The notes beneath the pieces were generated by a model that was given only the letters and a program-made list of their open reading frames with translations, made no database searches and was not told where the DNA came from. The position numbers were made by a program, and so were the translations under genes. Positions 37,889-46,446 of a DNA stretch of 64,000 bases are shown piece by piece. Origin of the DNA: Anaerolineae bacterium (GTDB lineage Bacteria > Chloroflexota > Anaerolineae > Promineifilales > Promineifilaceae); the NCBI GenBank assembly GCA_034435495.1, contig DAOTXO010000066.1, forward strand, positions 12,436 through 76,435. The letters are read 5' to 3'. Positions within the stretch are counted from its first letter, which is position 1, and each line of letters opens with the position of its first letter.

Positions 37889-39301
37889 ATGCTCAAAAGC
37901 TTACGCAGCCGTTTGCTGGCTTCCTATCTGGCGGTCATTAGCGTCACCTTGCTGGTGGTAACCATCATTCTTCTGGTAGTTTCAGTGCGCGGGCGCGCCA
38001 CCCCCCTGGTGCGCCAGCTAACCGAGCTGGCGCGCGGCGTGACGCCAGAGGTGTTGCGTCTGGCGGCCGCCGGCCAATCCGCCCGTCAATTAGAGGCCCA
38101 TCTCTTGCAAGTGGCCGAAGATAACCAGGTGCGCATTCTGTTGATCAGCGGCGCAGACGAGCGCATCCTATTCGACAGCGCCCAACGCTGGACGGGGAGA
38201 GCCCTGACTGAGTTCGATGTTCCCAGGAGCGTACAGCAGTCGCTTGATCTCACGCCCAACGCGGGCATCTACCGGGGGGTGGATGGTCAACGTTGGGTTT
38301 TTTATTCCCAACCGGTGGCGGTGTTGAGCGGCCTGGCGCTGGTCTTTGGGCGCGAGGAGCCGCCTGTCTTGCAACTGTTCCGCGAAACGTTTCTGCGCCC
38401 CCTATGTTTTGGGGCGGGCTTGGCGCTGGCCCTGGCGCTGCTGCTGGCCTATGCAATTACGCGCTCGGTGGCGCGCCCCTTGCAAGAAATGGCTACCGTT
38501 GCTGAGGCTATCGGGCAGGGCAAGTTTGATCAACGAGCGCCGCTGGCCGGCCCGGAAGAAGTTCAGCGTGTGGCAGCCAATTTCAACCGCATGGCGCAAC
38601 AAGTGCAGGCAACCCAAACCGCCCAGCGTGACTTTGTCGCCAATGTTTCCCACGATTTGCGCACCCCCATCACCGCCATTCAGGGGTGGAGTCAGGCGCT
38701 GCTGGATGGCGCAGCGGCCGACCCAGAGGCCCAAACCCAGGCAGCGCAGATTATTCATGACGAGGCCGGCCGGCTGGCGCGCATGGTGCAGCAGTTGCTG
38801 GAACTCAGTCGGCTGGCATCAGGGCAGTTGCGGCTCCACCGCGCCGCCGTCGACCTAAGCGCCCTGCTCCAGGAAGTTGTCGCCGCCCACCAGTTGGCGG
38901 CCGAGAATCGGGGGGTCTTGCTGCGGGTCGAGGCAGCCGTTCTGCCTCCTCTATCGGCTGACCGCGACCGTCTGGCGCAAGTTTTGAGCAATCTGGTCGA
39001 CAATGGGCTACGCCACACCCCACCCGACGGGCAGGTCGTCCTGCGTGCGCGCCGGGAGGGTGATTGGGCTGTTCTGGAAGTGGCCGACACCGGCAGCGGC
39101 ATTCCCCCGGCAGAGCAAGGGCGTATTTTTGAACGCTTCTACCAGGTGGATAAAAGCCGGGCGCGCCAGGATGAGCATAGTGGGGCGGGCTTGGGGTTAG
39201 CGATTGCGCGTGAACTGGTGGAGGCGCACGGTGGAACTATCCAGGTCACCAGCCAGCTGGGACAGGGTAGCGTCTTCACCATCCGCCTGCCGGCCGTTTA
39301 A
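37889..39301 (+). CDS. sensor histidine kinase (TM-periplasmic-TM-HAMP-HisKA-HATPase_c)
   Basis: H-box VSHDLRTPITAI; N-box LSNLVDNGLRHT; G-boxes DTGSGIP and GLGLAIA. Confidence 0.85.
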   Translation: MLKSLRSRLLASYLAVISVTLLVVTIILLVVSVRGRATPLVRQLTELARGVTPEVLRLAAAGQSARQLEAHLLQVAEDNQVRILLISGADERILFDSAQRWTGRALTEFDVPRSVQQSLDLTPNAGIYRGVDGQRWVFYSQPVAVLSGLALVFGREEPPVLQLFRETFLRPLCFGAGLALALALLLAYAITRSVARPLQEMATVAEAIGQGKFDQRAPLAGPEEVQRVAANFNRMAQQVQATQTAQRDFVANVSHDLRTPITAIQGWSQALLDGAAADPEAQTQAAQIIHDEAGRLARMVQQLLELSRLASGQLRLHRAAVDLSALLQEVVAAHQLAAENRGVLLRVEAAVLPPLSADRDRLAQVLSNLVDNGLRHTPPDGQVVLRARREGDWAVLEVADTGSGIPPAEQGRIFERFYQVDKSRARQDEHSGAGLGLAIARELVEAHGGTIQVTSQLGQGSVFTIRLPAV

Positions 39302-39350
39302 GAGGGCGCCGCCTGGTATAGGATTGTGGGACTCAGCCCTTGATCATCTC

Positions 39351-40823
39351 TCAGGTCGGTGGCGTCTGGGGGGCGTGCGGTTCTGATGAGGTGTTTTTTA
39401 AGCCCGGCAGACTGCTCAGCATCTGGCTCAGGTCAACGCCTGTGATGGCCTCCAGCGCGGCCGGAGCCTGGGCCATAATGTTGACCACATCCTGGGTGAT
39501 CCTGGATAGGCCGGCCTGCGCCCCATCCCCGGTGCTGACTACCACAATCCGTTCCGTTTGCGCCAGAGGTTGGGCAATGGCCTGCGCCATCTGGGGCAGG
39601 GCGTCGATCAACTGTTGAATGACCGCCGCCTGGGTGTATTCTTTCCAGGCGTTGGCTTTTTCCAGGGTGGCGGCGGCCGCAGCCAACCCTTGCTCTCGAA
39701 TGACTTCTGCTTCGGCCAGACCTTTTTGACGAATCACTTCAGCTTCGGCCAGACCACGCGCTTTGGCGGCCTCGGCCTCAGCCAGACCCCGGCGGCGAAT
39801 GGCCTCGGCTTCACCTTCGGCCTGCGCCTGGAGCTGGAAGCGGTGGGCTTCTGCCAGGGTTTGCACACGGTATTGTTCCGCTTCGGCCGGCTTGCGCACT
39901 GTGGCTTCCAGCTCCCGTTCGCGCCGGCGCACTTCCTGTTCCTGAACCTCGATCTGGCGTTGCTTGGCGACGATCTCGACGCCGACCTCTTCTGACTTGA
40001 CGCGCTGGTTGACAATGTTTTCTTGTAAGGTGTAGGCCAGTTCAGCTTCCGCCTTTTGCCGGTTGATCTCCGCCAGGTAGGTGGCGCGCTGTACTTCGTA
40101 ACTCTTCTGGCTTTCGGCGATCTTCGTTTCGGCCGTGAATTTGGCAGATTCCCCTTCCTGGCGCGCCGCGGCGCTGCGAATGGTGGCGTCTCGCTCCGCT
40201 TCTGCTTCACCGATGGCCGCATCGCGTTTCACCTGGGCTATGCGCGGCCGGCCTAACGCTTCCAGATACCCTTCGTCGTCGCTGATGTCCTTGATGACAA
40301 AGGAGATAATCTCCATCCCCATACTGGCCATATCCTCCCCGGAAACCTCCTGCACTTTTTGGGCGAAAGCTTCACGGTCGCGATAGAGCTGCTCAATGGT
40401 CAGGGTTCCCTGAATGGCGCGCAAATGACCGGCCAATGTTTCATGGGCGACATGCTCGATCTCTTGTTGCGTCTTGGAAAGAAACTGAATGGCGGCGGTG
40501 CGAATCGCGTTTTCATCGCTGCCAATTTTGATCTGCGCCACTCCCTCCACTGTCACCTTGACGCCCTGTAAAGTGGGGACGTCGGGTGTGGTGACATCAA
40601 TGGTCATGATCTCCAACGACAGATCGTCCACCCGCTCCAGCACCGGCCAGATGAAGGCGCGCCCACCGGTGACGATGCGAAATTTGCTTTCCCCTTCGCC
40701 CCGGCCGGAAATAACCAGGACCTGATTGGGACCGACCTTCTTAATCCGGCTGGCATACACCACCAACAGGGCAAAAGCGACAAAAACCAACAGGACAATG
40801 GCAACCGCTAAAATCGAAGGCAT
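39351..40823 (-). CDS. flotillin-family SPFH/Band-7 protein (YqiK/FloT-like) with long AEAE coiled coil
   Basis: N-terminal TM; SPFH domain (VISGRGEG...FIWPVLERV); Ala/Glu heptad repeats (EAEAIRRRGLAEAEAAKARGLAEAEVIRQKGLAEAEV). Confidence 0.85.
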   Translation of the reverse strand: MPSILAVAIVLLVFVAFALLVVYASRIKKVGPNQVLVISGRGEGESKFRIVTGGRAFIWPVLERVDDLSLEIMTIDVTTPDVPTLQGVKVTVEGVAQIKIGSDENAIRTAAIQFLSKTQQEIEHVAHETLAGHLRAIQGTLTIEQLYRDREAFAQKVQEVSGEDMASMGMEIISFVIKDISDDEGYLEALGRPRIAQVKRDAAIGEAEAERDATIRSAAARQEGESAKFTAETKIAESQKSYEVQRATYLAEINRQKAEAELAYTLQENIVNQRVKSEEVGVEIVAKQRQIEVQEQEVRRRERELEATVRKPAEAEQYRVQTLAEAHRFQLQAQAEGEAEAIRRRGLAEAEAAKARGLAEAEVIRQKGLAEAEVIREQGLAAAAATLEKANAWKEYTQAAVIQQLIDALPQMAQAIAQPLAQTERIVVVSTGDGAQAGLSRITQDVVNIMAQAPAALEAITGVDLSQMLSSLPGLKNTSSEPHAPQTPPT

Positions 40824-40858
40824 CTTCTGGACTCCTGAAAAAAGCGCCTGGGTAAGTT

Positions 40859-41542
40859 CTAAGAGGTGGCATCGGCTTCGGTGGCGGTGGGTTTGGCTAT
40901 CAGATGGTGGGGGTCGGCCGGCCGGACAAAAGCCACCCGTCCCACAATTTGCTCAATCACCACCGCTTCGCCGCTGTGAATGGCCTTTCCGCCGCTGGAG
41001 CGCGCCCCCAGGGTGATGCGCCCGCTTTGGTTATCGTAAGCAATCTGGCCCTGTCCCGTTTGTGGAATGGAGATGAGAACCGTGGCGACGCGCCCCACCG
41101 CATCTTCACTCAGGGAAAAGTGGCTCGATTGGGTGGGCGACAAAACATAGATGAAAAAGAGTTGCGCCCCGGCCCCCACAACCAGGCCAGCTACCGTGGC
41201 CCAAAAGATGCTGGGCAGGGGGGTCATTTCCAACCACAAGCGGGTTATCAGACCGGCCAACCCAAAGGTAGCGCCAAACAACGCCAGGGCAAATGGGCTG
41301 ATGTGAATGAAGTGAAACCCGTCGTGATCGATGTCAGCGCCCAGGTCAAAAGCCTGACCAATCTCTGCGCCCAACAAGCTGAGGACAGCGAAGATAAAAC
41401 TGACCCCCAGGACGCCCACATAGATCAAATCCAGTGTTCCAAGGTTTGCAAGTTCGGCTAACATAACCATCTTCCAGCCTGGGCGCTGTGTTCCAGATTG
41501 AGGAGTGCCTGCTTCGGAACGCGGCCGGGTTGCATTCGACAC
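40859..41542 (-). CDS. NfeD-family membrane protein (YqiJ-like, C-terminal OB-fold), partner of flotillin
   Basis: Membrane helices followed by a soluble beta-rich C-terminus (GRVATVLISIPQTGQGQIAYDNQSGRITLGARS). Sits directly upstream of flotillin. True start is probably the internal MVMLAEL (about 41470). Confidence 0.7.
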   Translation of the reverse strand: MSNATRPRSEAGTPQSGTQRPGWKMVMLAELANLGTLDLIYVGVLGVSFIFAVLSLLGAEIGQAFDLGADIDHDGFHFIHISPFALALFGATFGLAGLITRLWLEMTPLPSIFWATVAGLVVGAGAQLFFIYVLSPTQSSHFSLSEDAVGRVATVLISIPQTGQGQIAYDNQSGRITLGARSSGGKAIHSGEAVVIEQIVGRVAFVRPADPHHLIAKPTATEADATS

Positions 41543-41722
41543 AGTGTCGGGCTCAGACCTGGCACAGCGCCAGATAGATCAAGGTCACCAACCCCTTGTA
41601 CCTATTATACTCGCTTTTGGCACAACGGTTACGCTATTCGACGGCCGTCCCTTACGAAGCGACGGCGCGGCCGGTGGGGCGCACCGATTTATACCAGGTT
41701 TGTGAATACTCCTGAGCTAAAC

Positions 41723-41751
41723 TTGCCAATCGGGGCAAAAACGGGTATACC
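41723..41751 (+). promoter_or_regulatory. putative sigma-70-type promoter (TTGCCA, 17 nt, TATACC) for the small membrane-peptide gene
   Basis: -35/-10 hexamers with 17-nt spacing lie about 68 nt upstream of ATG 41819. GGGTATACCC palindrome overlaps the -10. Confidence 0.3.
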
Positions 41752-41818
41752 CATTATGAGCGCCCAGGCTGGCGCTGCAAGCAAAGATTGTTATCATGCT
41801 CATGGGAGAAGAATAAAA

Positions 41819-41944
41819 ATGGCCAATCGGAAAACACAACGCAAACGCTCAACCTCAGAGAAATTATGGATTGCGACCGCGATCTTCCTGGCGCTCTTGA
41901 TGGTCTTCAGTCTGCTGAGTGGTTTGTTCGCCCACAGCTTCTAA
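41819..41944 (+). CDS. 41-aa small membrane peptide (basic N-terminus + single TM helix)
   Basis: MANRKTQRKRSTSEKLWIATAIFLALLMVFSLLSGLFAHSF. RBS GGGAGAAG 7 nt upstream. Has its own putative promoter and downstream terminator. Sits inside a 580-bp otherwise non-coding gap. Confidence 0.4.
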   Translation: MANRKTQRKRSTSEKLWIATAIFLALLMVFSLLSGLFAHSF

Positions 41945-42057
41945 ACCTGGCCCGGCCGGAACGCCATCCAGCGGGGAGACAAATCACCAACCGGTCAAAA
42001 CCACCGGGTCAACAACTGGTTGCCAGGCATCCTGTTAGGGAATGCCCACCTGATTCA

Positions 42058-42083
42058 GCGAAAGGAAACCCCTTTCGCTTTTG
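42058..42083 (+). terminator. rho-independent terminator (plus strand)
   Basis: GCGAAAGG aaacc CCTTTCGC TTTTGTGTGTT: 8-bp stem then T-tract, about 114 nt downstream of the small-peptide stop. Confidence 0.55.
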
Positions 42084-42125
42084 TGTGTTGGCGTACTTGA
42101 GGGCGGCTCCGGCCGGCCACTCGCT

Positions 42126-43427
42126 TCACGTCACCGGAGGTTGGTCGGTTCGCGACAGGCGCTGGCGAATGTTTCTGAACCACACCTGAGCCTGTCGGCT
42201 AAAACGTCGCCCGTCTGATGGGCGTTCCGGCGGAGGGTCTGGAAAGGGGGGTAGATCGAACATTTTGCGCCAGGCATAAAGCCCCACCAGTTTGAGCGTC
42301 GCCACAACCGGAGCGGCCAGCACCGCTCCCAAGATGCCGGCCACTGAAGTCCCCATAATGACGCCAATCATGACCGTCAAGGCGTGCAGGTCTAAAGCAT
42401 CCCCCACAATACGGGGCACTAAGATGCTGTTTTCCAGCTGCTGGATCAACAGCATGATCACCAATACCAACAGGGCAAAGTAGCCAGGCGACAACCCCAA
42501 CCAGTTGTCAGGCTGAAAGAGCGCCACAATGACAGCTGTCAGGGTTCCAATGAACGGCCCAATGATGGGCAAAAACTCCAGCAGGCCTGAGAGCAGGCCC
42601 AGAGCCAGGGCATCCTGCACGCCAATAACCGTCAAGCAGAGCCAGACCACAAAACCAATCACCAGCCCCAGGATAATTTGCCCCCGCAGATAGGCACGCC
42701 AGATGCGCCCAAACTGGGCAATGAGACGCTCCGCGTCCTGGCGATAACCGGGGGTTTGCGCCACCCGGGCCACCACACCGCCTAGAATGGGAAAGTCGTT
42801 CGCTAGATAGATGGAAACGACAAAAATGAAAAGGAACTGCACCACGACGGTCACTGTGCCGCCGGCGACCTGTCCCAATACATTCCCTCCCTGACTGAGA
42901 ATTGGCTGCACCAGATTGACGATTTGCTCCCCTACATTGCTCCAATCAATCTGCCCGAAACTCAGCTCCAACGGCCCCAGCTGCCACTGCTGGGCAGCGA
43001 GTCGCTCAATGAAATTGGTCACACCGGTCACAATATCGGGAAAGGCCTCAATGAGGTTGTTCACCTGGCCGTAGGCGGCAACGCCCAGGGCCACCAAACC
43101 GCCAATGATGCTGGCTAACAAAAGCAGGTAGACCACCAGGATGGCCTGCGGGCGCTTCAAGGGGGTGCGGCGATCAAGCAAGGTGATGACGGGATTGAGC
43201 AGATAGGCGATGATGGCGGCCCCGACAATCTGCTGAATCAGCCCACTGAAGGAACGCACTACAAAGGCGATTAAAATCAGGGTGCAAACCGCGACTACCA
43301 CTTTGGTACTACGCCCCCAAGGGGGAGAGGTGTAACTATCTTCTTCGGTCATTGGGCGTATTGCCCCGCCCTGAGCGCCTCCAGCTGGGAGGCGCTCAGG
43401 CGAGGGGGAATCATCTTCTTCGCTCAT
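42126..43427 (-). CDS. AI-2E-family transporter (PerM/UPF0118)
   Basis: 433 aa, about 8 TM helices. Family-typical segments (LNPVI..L.....P..A...V..LL, GLLEFLPIIGPFIG). Acidic/Pro-rich cytoplasmic N-terminal tail. Confidence 0.85.
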   Translation of the reverse strand: MSEEDDSPSPERLPAGGAQGGAIRPMTEEDSYTSPPWGRSTKVVVAVCTLILIAFVVRSFSGLIQQIVGAAIIAYLLNPVITLLDRRTPLKRPQAILVVYLLLLASIIGGLVALGVAAYGQVNNLIEAFPDIVTGVTNFIERLAAQQWQLGPLELSFGQIDWSNVGEQIVNLVQPILSQGGNVLGQVAGGTVTVVVQFLFIFVVSIYLANDFPILGGVVARVAQTPGYRQDAERLIAQFGRIWRAYLRGQIILGLVIGFVVWLCLTVIGVQDALALGLLSGLLEFLPIIGPFIGTLTAVIVALFQPDNWLGLSPGYFALLVLVIMLLIQQLENSILVPRIVGDALDLHALTVMIGVIMGTSVAGILGAVLAAPVVATLKLVGLYAWRKMFDLPPFPDPPPERPSDGRRFSRQAQVWFRNIRQRLSRTDQPPVT

Positions 43428-43440
43428 TGGGCGTATTGCC
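43338..43440. repeat. 28-bp direct repeat (1 mismatch; copies at 43338-43365 and 43413-43440) flanking a near-perfect 31-bp palindrome (43370-43400), all inside the 5' coding end of the AI-2E gene
   Basis: ATCTTCTTCGGTCATTGGGCGTATTGCC versus ATCTTCTTCGCTCATTGGGCGTATTGCC. Centre: CCTGAGCGCCTCC agctg GGAGGCGCTCAGG. Each repeat copy contains an in-frame ATG of the minus-strand gene (MSEEDD.. and MTEEDS..). Confidence 0.6.
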
Positions 43441-43490
43441 TCATGTCACACATGCACGCCGGTTATCCTTAAACGGCGCGCGACGCGCAT

Positions 43491-43521
43491 TTGGATATTC
43501 CATCATTATATCGGTTATAAT
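43491..43521 (+). promoter_or_regulatory. putative promoter TTGGAT, 19 nt, TATAAT ending 6 nt before ATG 43528 (possible leaderless transcript)
   Basis: Consensus -10 TATAAT at 43516-43521. -35-like TTGGAT at 43491-43496. No RBS before the ATG. Confidence 0.3.
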
Positions 43522-43527
43522 AGGCGC

Positions 43528-44376
43528 ATGTCTAGCTTCGAGATCCGACCAATTGAGGATGAAGCCGTCTCACATCAGGCAGCAGCGCTGCAAGAGGCGT
43601 TCTGGCCCGTCACCGATCCGCGCTACACCTCCCCTAACCTGATGTTGCAAGCGGCGCGCCATGGCGGACTTTATCTGGGCGCTTTTGAAGGCCCACGTCT
43701 CATTGGGTTGCTCTTCGGCGCTTTGGGGTTGATCCCCGGCGGTAACCGGATTGATCTGGTGGCAGCTGCACGCCTGAAAATCTATTTGCGTTCGGTGTTG
43801 GTGGCGCCGGCCTGCCAGAATCATGGCGTTGGCTATGCGCTGTTGGTACAGGCGCGTGATTATGCCATCAGGCTGGGGATTCACCTGATAACGTGGGCGT
43901 TTGATCCGCTGTCCAGCGCGCAAAGCTGGCTCTTCATTGGGAAGTCGGGCGGGATCGTTCACACCCATGAAACGGCCGGCCATGACTTATCGCCCTATCT
44001 GGCGCTGGAGTGGTGGGTCAACAACAACCGCGTCAAACGGCGGACAACCCGCCCTCGCCAGCCGCTCACTCTGACAGCTTTTCTGGATGGAGGTGGGGTG
44101 GTGGCGAACGCAACTTCTGTTAACGCCGCTCATCACGCTGTACCGCCAGGTGAATTCATCGATCATCCCCATAATGTGGTTCTGGTGGAGATACCCAGTA
44201 ACTTCGGCTATATTCAGGCAGATGACCCAGAACTGGCGCAACGCTGGCGAGCGCATATACACCAGACCCTGGCCCATTACTTCCACAAAGGGTATCTGAT
44301 CACCGATTTCGTGCGCCATGTCAACGATATCCTACCGGAGCGAGATTTTTATATTTTGACCTATCGCGACGCATAG
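43528..44376 (+). CDS. GNAT-family N-acetyltransferase domain protein
   Basis: Motif A VLVAPACQNHGVGYALL. 282 aa with extra N- and C-terminal regions. Confidence 0.55.
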   Translation: MSSFEIRPIEDEAVSHQAAALQEAFWPVTDPRYTSPNLMLQAARHGGLYLGAFEGPRLIGLLFGALGLIPGGNRIDLVAAARLKIYLRSVLVAPACQNHGVGYALLVQARDYAIRLGIHLITWAFDPLSSAQSWLFIGKSGGIVHTHETAGHDLSPYLALEWWVNNNRVKRRTTRPRQPLTLTAFLDGGGVVANATSVNAAHHAVPPGEFIDHPHNVVLVEIPSNFGYIQADDPELAQRWRAHIHQTLAHYFHKGYLITDFVRHVNDILPERDFYILTYRDA

Positions 44377-44422
44377 ACGACGGTGTAGCTGAATTGCGCC
44401 GCCCCAACTGCGAGGAAAAACT

Positions 44423-45265
44423 ATGTTCACCAACAAACGTCTGGCTGTCATTGGCACCGGAGCTATGGGCGAAGCGATGATTCGCGGTTTGCTCACCCAA
44501 AACATGGTCGCGCCAGAGCAAATCGTGGGAACCAACGTTTTGCCAGATCGCAACGAATATATGCACACGCAGCATGGCATTGAGGTGGCCGCCGACAACC
44601 GTCAGGCGGTGCGCGCCGCCGAAGTGGTGGTGCTGGCGGTCAAACCCCAGGTGTTGGGGCGCGTGCTGCACGGTCTGTACAACGCTATTGAGCATGAAGC
44701 GTTGGTTTTGTCCATTGTCGCCGGTGCGCCCATCAGCAACATCATGGAAGAACTCAACCACACCGCTGTGGCGCGCGCTATGCCCAACACGCCGGCTCAG
44801 ATCGGCCAGGGTGTGACGGTATGGACAGCTACCCCAACGGTGACGGAAGCGCAACACCAACAGGCTAAGATGATTTTCAGCTCGTTGGGGCGAGAGATTT
44901 ACGTTGAAGACGAATCGTATCTGGATATGGCGACAGCGCTCAGCGGCACAGGGCCGGCTTATGTCTTCATGATGATGGAGGCTATGATCGATGCTGGCGT
45001 CCACATGGGCTTTTCACGTCGCATTGCGGAGGAGCTGGTCTTTCAAACGATCCTGGGGTCGGTGCTCTATGCGGAACAATCCGGCCGGCATGTGGCCGAG
45101 TTGCGCAATCAGGTGACCTCGCCGGGGGGAACAACGGCCGAAGCTTTGTACCACATGGAGAAAGGAAGCTTTCGGACCGTCGTTTCGCGGGCGATCTGGG
45201 CTGCCTACCAACGTTCTGTCGCCTTGGGCAAGGGTAAATCCACCCGTTCTCCCTCCGAGGCCTGA
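44423..45265 (+). CDS. proC: pyrroline-5-carboxylate reductase
   Basis: LAVIGTGAMGEAMIRGL...VVVLAVKPQ...; C-terminal P5CR dimerisation motifs (GSGPAYVF, SPGGTT). Confidence 0.9.
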   Translation: MFTNKRLAVIGTGAMGEAMIRGLLTQNMVAPEQIVGTNVLPDRNEYMHTQHGIEVAADNRQAVRAAEVVVLAVKPQVLGRVLHGLYNAIEHEALVLSIVAGAPISNIMEELNHTAVARAMPNTPAQIGQGVTVWTATPTVTEAQHQQAKMIFSSLGREIYVEDESYLDMATALSGTGPAYVFMMMEAMIDAGVHMGFSRRIAEELVFQTILGSVLYAEQSGRHVAELRNQVTSPGGTTAEALYHMEKGSFRTVVSRAIWAAYQRSVALGKGKSTRSPSEA

Positions 45266-45276
45266 ACTGCCAGAAG

Positions 45277-45873
45277 CTACTCCTGCTGGGGAGTGTGGCT
45301 TTTATCTTTGTGCAGTTGGGACTCAGTTAACTCGTCCAGCCGGGCGGTCAGGACGTCGAGTTGGGTCAGTAGCTGGTTGAGTTCCTCGCGAGTGGGCAGG
45401 CCGGCCCGGCTGAGAAAACGCTCCAGTTCATGTTCGCGTGAACCGGCCGGCCGATGGCGCGGCAGCTGGTCGCTGTATTTCAACATTTTTTCTAACAAAC
45501 GTCCGCCCTCCTCACGCGCCAGTTCTCCCTTGTTGATCAAATCCTGAATGCGCCGCTCGATCTCGGCGTCCACCTGGGCAAACATCTCCAACGGTGAGGC
45601 CAGGCTGCGGCGCAAGTTGCCCAAAGTTTCACCGCCGGCCTGGATCAAAGTGGTGAGTAGGGATTGGGGCAAGAACCCACTCGCCTTCTTCTCCTGTTCA
45701 AAGATGAGCTGCCCCAGGGTTAAGTTGGTCAGGTCATCGCCGGTGTTGTGATCAAGAATCTGAACCTCCTCCCCTTTTTGGATCAGACTGGCAATGCCAT
45801 CCAGGGTAATATAGCGCTTGGTCTCGGTGTTGTAGAGTTTTCGATTTGGGTAGCGTTTGATAATAACAGGCAT
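45277..45873 (-). CDS. phaR: polyhydroxyalkanoate synthesis repressor PhaR-family protein
   Basis: The N-terminus ([26 protein letters not shown]) matches the PHB/PHA accumulation regulator DNA-binding domain. Start chosen at the internal ATG (revcomp of 45871-45873) with RBS AAGGA; the listed ORF extends 14 codons further. Confidence 0.75.
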   Translation of the reverse strand: MPVIIKRYPNRKLYNTETKRYITLDGIASLIQKGEEVQILDHNTGDDLTNLTLGQLIFEQEKKASGFLPQSLLTTLIQAGGETLGNLRRSLASPLEMFAQVDAEIERRIQDLINKGELAREEGGRLLEKMLKYSDQLPRHRPAGSREHELERFLSRAGLPTREELNQLLTQLDVLTARLDELTESQLHKDKSHTPQQE

Positions 45874-46139
45874 GTCTGGTCCTTGGTTACATAGGGTCGA
45901 ACACCCCAAAGCCATTATAAGGCAGGTATCAAAAACACGTCAACCAGTGCGCCGACAATTGACCATCGGGCCGTTTTGATTACAATTGTGGCCTAGGCGT
46001 CAACAACCAATAGGCATCACAATGCAGGTCTGGGCTGTTGGTCAGCCGTGCGGTGAGAGCGGATGTTGCGCAGCGCCAGAGAGGCTGCCTGAATATATCC
46101 TGGTTGCCCCCGGCGTGAATTTGTTGGAGGAAGAACAAC

Positions 46140-46355
46140 ATGTCAAATATATGGTTGAAACGAATTGGGCTGGGGATCATCTCCTTGATCGTGGGTTTTG
46201 TGGTTACCTGGGCGGCGGTGACAGCCTCCTTTATTTTGAACACCACCCTTTCAGACTACGGCGCAGTTTACACCATCTTCACCATTTTGTCCGTCGCCTG
46301 CGCCACAGGCATCTGGTTGGATAAGTTCATGGGGACGGATATTCTGCCTAAGTAA
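46140..46355 (+). CDS. 71-aa small membrane protein (2 TM helices)
   Basis: RBS GGAGGAAG. Hydrophobic hairpin LGIISLIVGFVVTWAAVTASFIL / VYTIFTILSVACATGIWL. Promoter-like TTGACC, 16 nt, TACAAT about 130 nt upstream (45983-46010); terminator downstream. Confidence 0.45.
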   Translation: MSNIWLKRIGLGIISLIVGFVVTWAAVTASFILNTTLSDYGAVYTIFTILSVACATGIWLDKFMGTDILPK

Positions 46356-46401
46356 CCTCCTGGCGCGCGCGCCCGGCCGGCAGGCCTATCAGTAATCCCA
46401 C

Positions 46402-46437
46402 CACCCCCGCGGCTCAGATGGCCGCGGGGGTGTTTTG
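46402..46437 (+). terminator. rho-independent terminator (plus strand), abutting the mutS2 stop
   Basis: CACCCCCGCGGC tcagatg GCCGCGGGGGTG TTTTGcatcctctttt: 12-bp perfect stem plus T-tract. Confidence 0.6.
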
Positions 46438-46446
46438 CATCCTCTT

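Noticed and set aside
39558-40222. Several 140-160-aa ORFs on both strands inside the flotillin gene
   Set aside because: Generated by the GCNGAR coiled-coil repeat (AEAE) of flotillin. The flotillin frame has clear SPFH homology.
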